NCBI RefSeq assembly: GCF_006345805.1
Contig: NC_043006.1
Span: 15,190,001 to 15,254,000, forward strand
Direction of reading: 5' to 3'
DNA from: Octopus sinensis
Taxonomy: Eukaryota
DNA: 64,000 bases
The notes below the pieces were generated by a model, which worked only from the letters and a program-made list of their open reading frames with translations, was not told where the DNA came from and did not search any database. This document shows positions 63,224 through 64,000 of the stretch, in pieces. Each line of letters begins with the position of its first letter. Positions within the stretch are counted from its first letter, which is position 1. The position numbers and the translations under genes are program-made.

Positions 63224-63847
63224 CTCTATATATATGTATAAACAAGGACTATCTGCCAAGGATAGTCTGCATTTGATTCACTCTACATTGAGACTTGGAT
63301 ATAAAAAGTGCCACTGACACATAAGATATCATACTTATGTGTTTGGAGTATTCTATACATAAACGAGTTCAGAGGAAACTAACGGTTACAGTCGTAAAAC
63401 AATGGCTAGTACTTGGGTCCGTCAATACTAATTTTTCGTCTTTAGTAAAGAAGAACCTGAAAAATGTAATGTTAGACAGGCTGTCAGTTAAGATCGGTAG
63501 GGACTTGTACGAAGCGGGAGCAAACTTGAGTTTCAAATGTTTAGATACGAAATCAGATAGGAAATCTGCATTATTTGTATTAAGTCTTACTACCAAATAT
63601 TTAAACGTTCGAAGTGAAGACGCCGACGCCTGTTGTGGGAGATGGCTTAATGTATTTCAGTCTAGGACAAACGCGTGATCGATCTAGCACAAGTGCAGAT
63701 CAGAGTAAATTTTTAATGCCTACTTTGAGATATTTCTGTGGTTTCAAACTGTACCGCTTCAGTACAATATTACTTTGTGTTGCCTACATTTATTGAAATT
63801 TATCTAAGATCTGACATGCTAGTTCACAGTCAAAATGATTATATAAA

Positions 63848-63885
63848 GACTAGCTATTTTGACCCATGCTTCGCTCGGGTTTTGG
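63848..63885 (-). mobile_element. Helitron 3' terminus
   Basis: - strand acccgagcgaagcatgggtcaaaatagCTAG|t (hairpin plus CTAG). Confidence 0.55.
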
Positions 63886-64000
63886 TGGAGGTGTTGTTTT
63901 GTGTGTGTTGTCTCCTTTTCCCTTTCTTCTTACGTTCATCTTCTTTGCCTTTCCCATATTCCTCCCCATGGCAACCAAACAGTAGCCCCCAGCGATTTGC

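Overview
Eukaryotic, AT-rich, repeat-saturated DNA with no host protein-coding exon I can recognise. The dense (TA)n/(CA)n/(AAT)n/(TACA)n/(GATA)n microsatellites plus several tRNA-derived SINE families strongly suggest an Octopus (cephalopod) intergenic or intronic region; this is inference from repeat style, not from a database match. The window contains a 5'-truncated, near-intact CR1/L2-group LINE (13.8-16.6 kb), Dong/R4 LINE fragments sitting in (AAT)n tracts, Tx1/L1, RTE and Penelope-like retroelement remnants, Tc1/mariner, hAT, piggyBac-type MITE and non-autonomous Helitron elements, several families of short cassettes lodged in (TA)n tracts, a 100-N scaffold gap and several local tandem duplications. 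The most striking unexplained signal is a 104-bp inverted repeat at 6057-6324. Of its 24 arm differences, 23 are G-U wobble pairs in the + strand RNA, none is A-C, and their neighbour context resembles ADAR preference. It may be an A-to-I hyper-edited RNA hairpin written back into the genome. All counts were made by eye and need computational confirmation.
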